From NCBI GenBank assembly GCA_900088475.1, contig FLMG01003843.1, forward strand, positions 1 to 47,461: a stretch of DNA of 47,461 nucleotides, in the 5' to 3' direction. The notes below the pieces were generated by a model, which saw nothing but the letters and a program-made list of their open reading frames with translations, did no database searches and was not told the DNA's origin. A program made the translations under genes and the position numbers. This DNA comes from Hyphochytrium catenoides (taxonomy: Eukaryota; Protista; Hyphochytriomycota). Positions 45,973-47,461 of this stretch are shown here, one piece after another (position 1 is the first letter of the stretch; each line of letters opens with the position of its first letter).

Positions 45973-47461
45973 CTACCGTCTACGTCTTTGTGAGCGCCTC
46001 AGTGGCGGTGGAGCTGCATCTCCACGTTGTCTAGAGTCGGAAGAGACCTCCTTGACTTTACGCTTCTTTGAGGGCTCTGGTCGCTCCTCTGGCTCTTCGT
46101 CGTCTGGTGAAACTCCGTTCTTGCTTATCTCTTCAACTTCGTCTCGATTTGATTCCCCTTCTCCATCAGATGGACGATCTTTCCTATTACCGCCAGCTAA
46201 TGACTCAACCGAGATTGTCTGGATGGGTTCTGCAGACTGTTGTTCTATCACCTCATCCTCGGTCTCGGACGTCGAGCTTGACCTCTTGTCGTTCTGTCTG
46301 CCCTCACCACGGTTCTCTTTGTCGCCTAAGTCAAGTGTAAGGGTTTCTTGCGTCTTGTCCTCTTCAGTCAGGTTTGTCGGTTCTTTGGCCGTAGCTGTCT
46401 TCTGTTTCTTGCTTTTGGGTGGTGATGACGATGCTCTCCCATTTCCTTTTGACTTAGCTTTCGTCTTCATACTGGCAAAGGTGTTGTTCATGGCTGATCC
46501 TGCAGCTCTCATGGCTTCTAACATTCGTTCCCGGCGTGGACTGCCAGCTGTTGGGCCGTAGGAAGGAAGCAGTCAGATTTGTCGTTACTCGAAGAGATAA
46601 ATAACGGGAGGAATGAGGAGTCAAAAGGACGCTACTTGCACCAAACCCTAAGAAAGAAGTCCCAGCAGAGGAGATTGACGGTCCCCGTAAGTGACAGGGG
46701 TATTCATAGAACAGAAGACTCCATTACTGCTTCGACAAGCGGGTACGTTGGTTGCCCGACACTACCTTCTTCTCTACCCTCCGCTTTGGCGTGTGCCTCC
46801 AAGACTCCAAGAAACTCAGCCATAGAAATAGCCTTCGACTTCACCGGCTGAGAGAAGATATGGTCCAGAGACATCGAGAAGTCGTTCAGCGATGACTTGA
46901 CCTTCTGAATTTCTATAGGACAAGGGGAAGAAGAAAGATGAGGCTCTGTAGACAGTAAGCTTCTAATTTGGAACAAAAAAAACGCGCTGTGAATGCACGA
47001 CATCAGACACTATATTGGCGGAAAAGACAGTCGTGGATCACTATGAGACCGAGAAGTTAATGTTTGAGCTCGTGACCTTTTCTCAAGGGACTTAAAACCT
47101 TTCCATCCGACATCTTCCCATTCTTTCGTCCCTGCTCGGTGAGGTCGAGGATACCTCGGAGTGCATCCTTTGTCTGTATTGACAGCAATGCAGGTTTTCG
47201 TTAGTAATAGTGTCTTCCTCTTTTGATACATGGAGGGCCTCTCAGCAGGTATGGGTAAAGCTTAGAATAAGAGGCGCTGTCAATCTCAAAGGAGAAAGGT
47301 TTTCAACGATAGGTAGGCATCGTTATGCGTTACCAATGATCAATGACGGAGCTGTACGGAGAACGTATCTAGTCGCACCTCTTCCTCATAGGTCCTGACA
47401 ATGTCACAAATCTTCTGTATTCTCTTCTCAGCAGCAAGGCTAGCGTTCACCTTGAGCTCAT
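45973..47461 (-). CDS. 3' part of a multi-exon gene (helical/coiled-coil region plus charged disordered tail), truncated by the window edge
   Basis: In-frame splicing gives ELKVNASLAAEKRIQKICDIVRTYEEE|TKDALRGILDLTEQGRKNGKMSDGKVLSPLRK|EIQKVKSSLNDF..EGREE|AGSPRRERMLEAMR...PSKKRKV...RRSQRRRR*. The tail has NLS-like motifs. Confidence 0.7.

Overview
This is gene-dense eukaryotic nuclear DNA with many short spliceosomal introns (GT-AG, at least two GC-AG), so most entries in the supplied ORF track are exon fragments or shadow ORFs. Gene content suggests a flagellated stramenopile such as an oomycete or hyphochytrid relative; that assignment is inference. Genes were assembled by hand, so exon boundaries are approximate. 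In order they are: a membrane-anchored TlpA/ResA-type thioredoxin, a BART-domain protein, a PX-domain protein with two CxxC motifs, an ankyrin-repeat protein, two intronless paralogous secreted Cys/Trp-rich proteins with Pro/Thr linkers, TTLL9, COG3, a bacterial-type cyclopropane fatty acid synthase, a phosphofructokinase homolog with degenerate catalytic motifs, a large CDA-fold deaminase with an N-terminal Rossmann-like (possibly CARF-like) domain, a His-rich CDF zinc transporter, a FabG-like SDR, a PH/glycine-zipper/FYVE-like PI 4-kinase, a CCDC6-like protein, and a partial gene at the right edge. The three strongest leads are (1) the possible CARF-deaminase fusion, (2) the probable pseudo-PFK transcribed divergently from it, and (3) the secreted protein pair built from a disulfide/aromatic module I do not recognise. 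I found no tRNA, rRNA, CRISPR array or intact mobile element.
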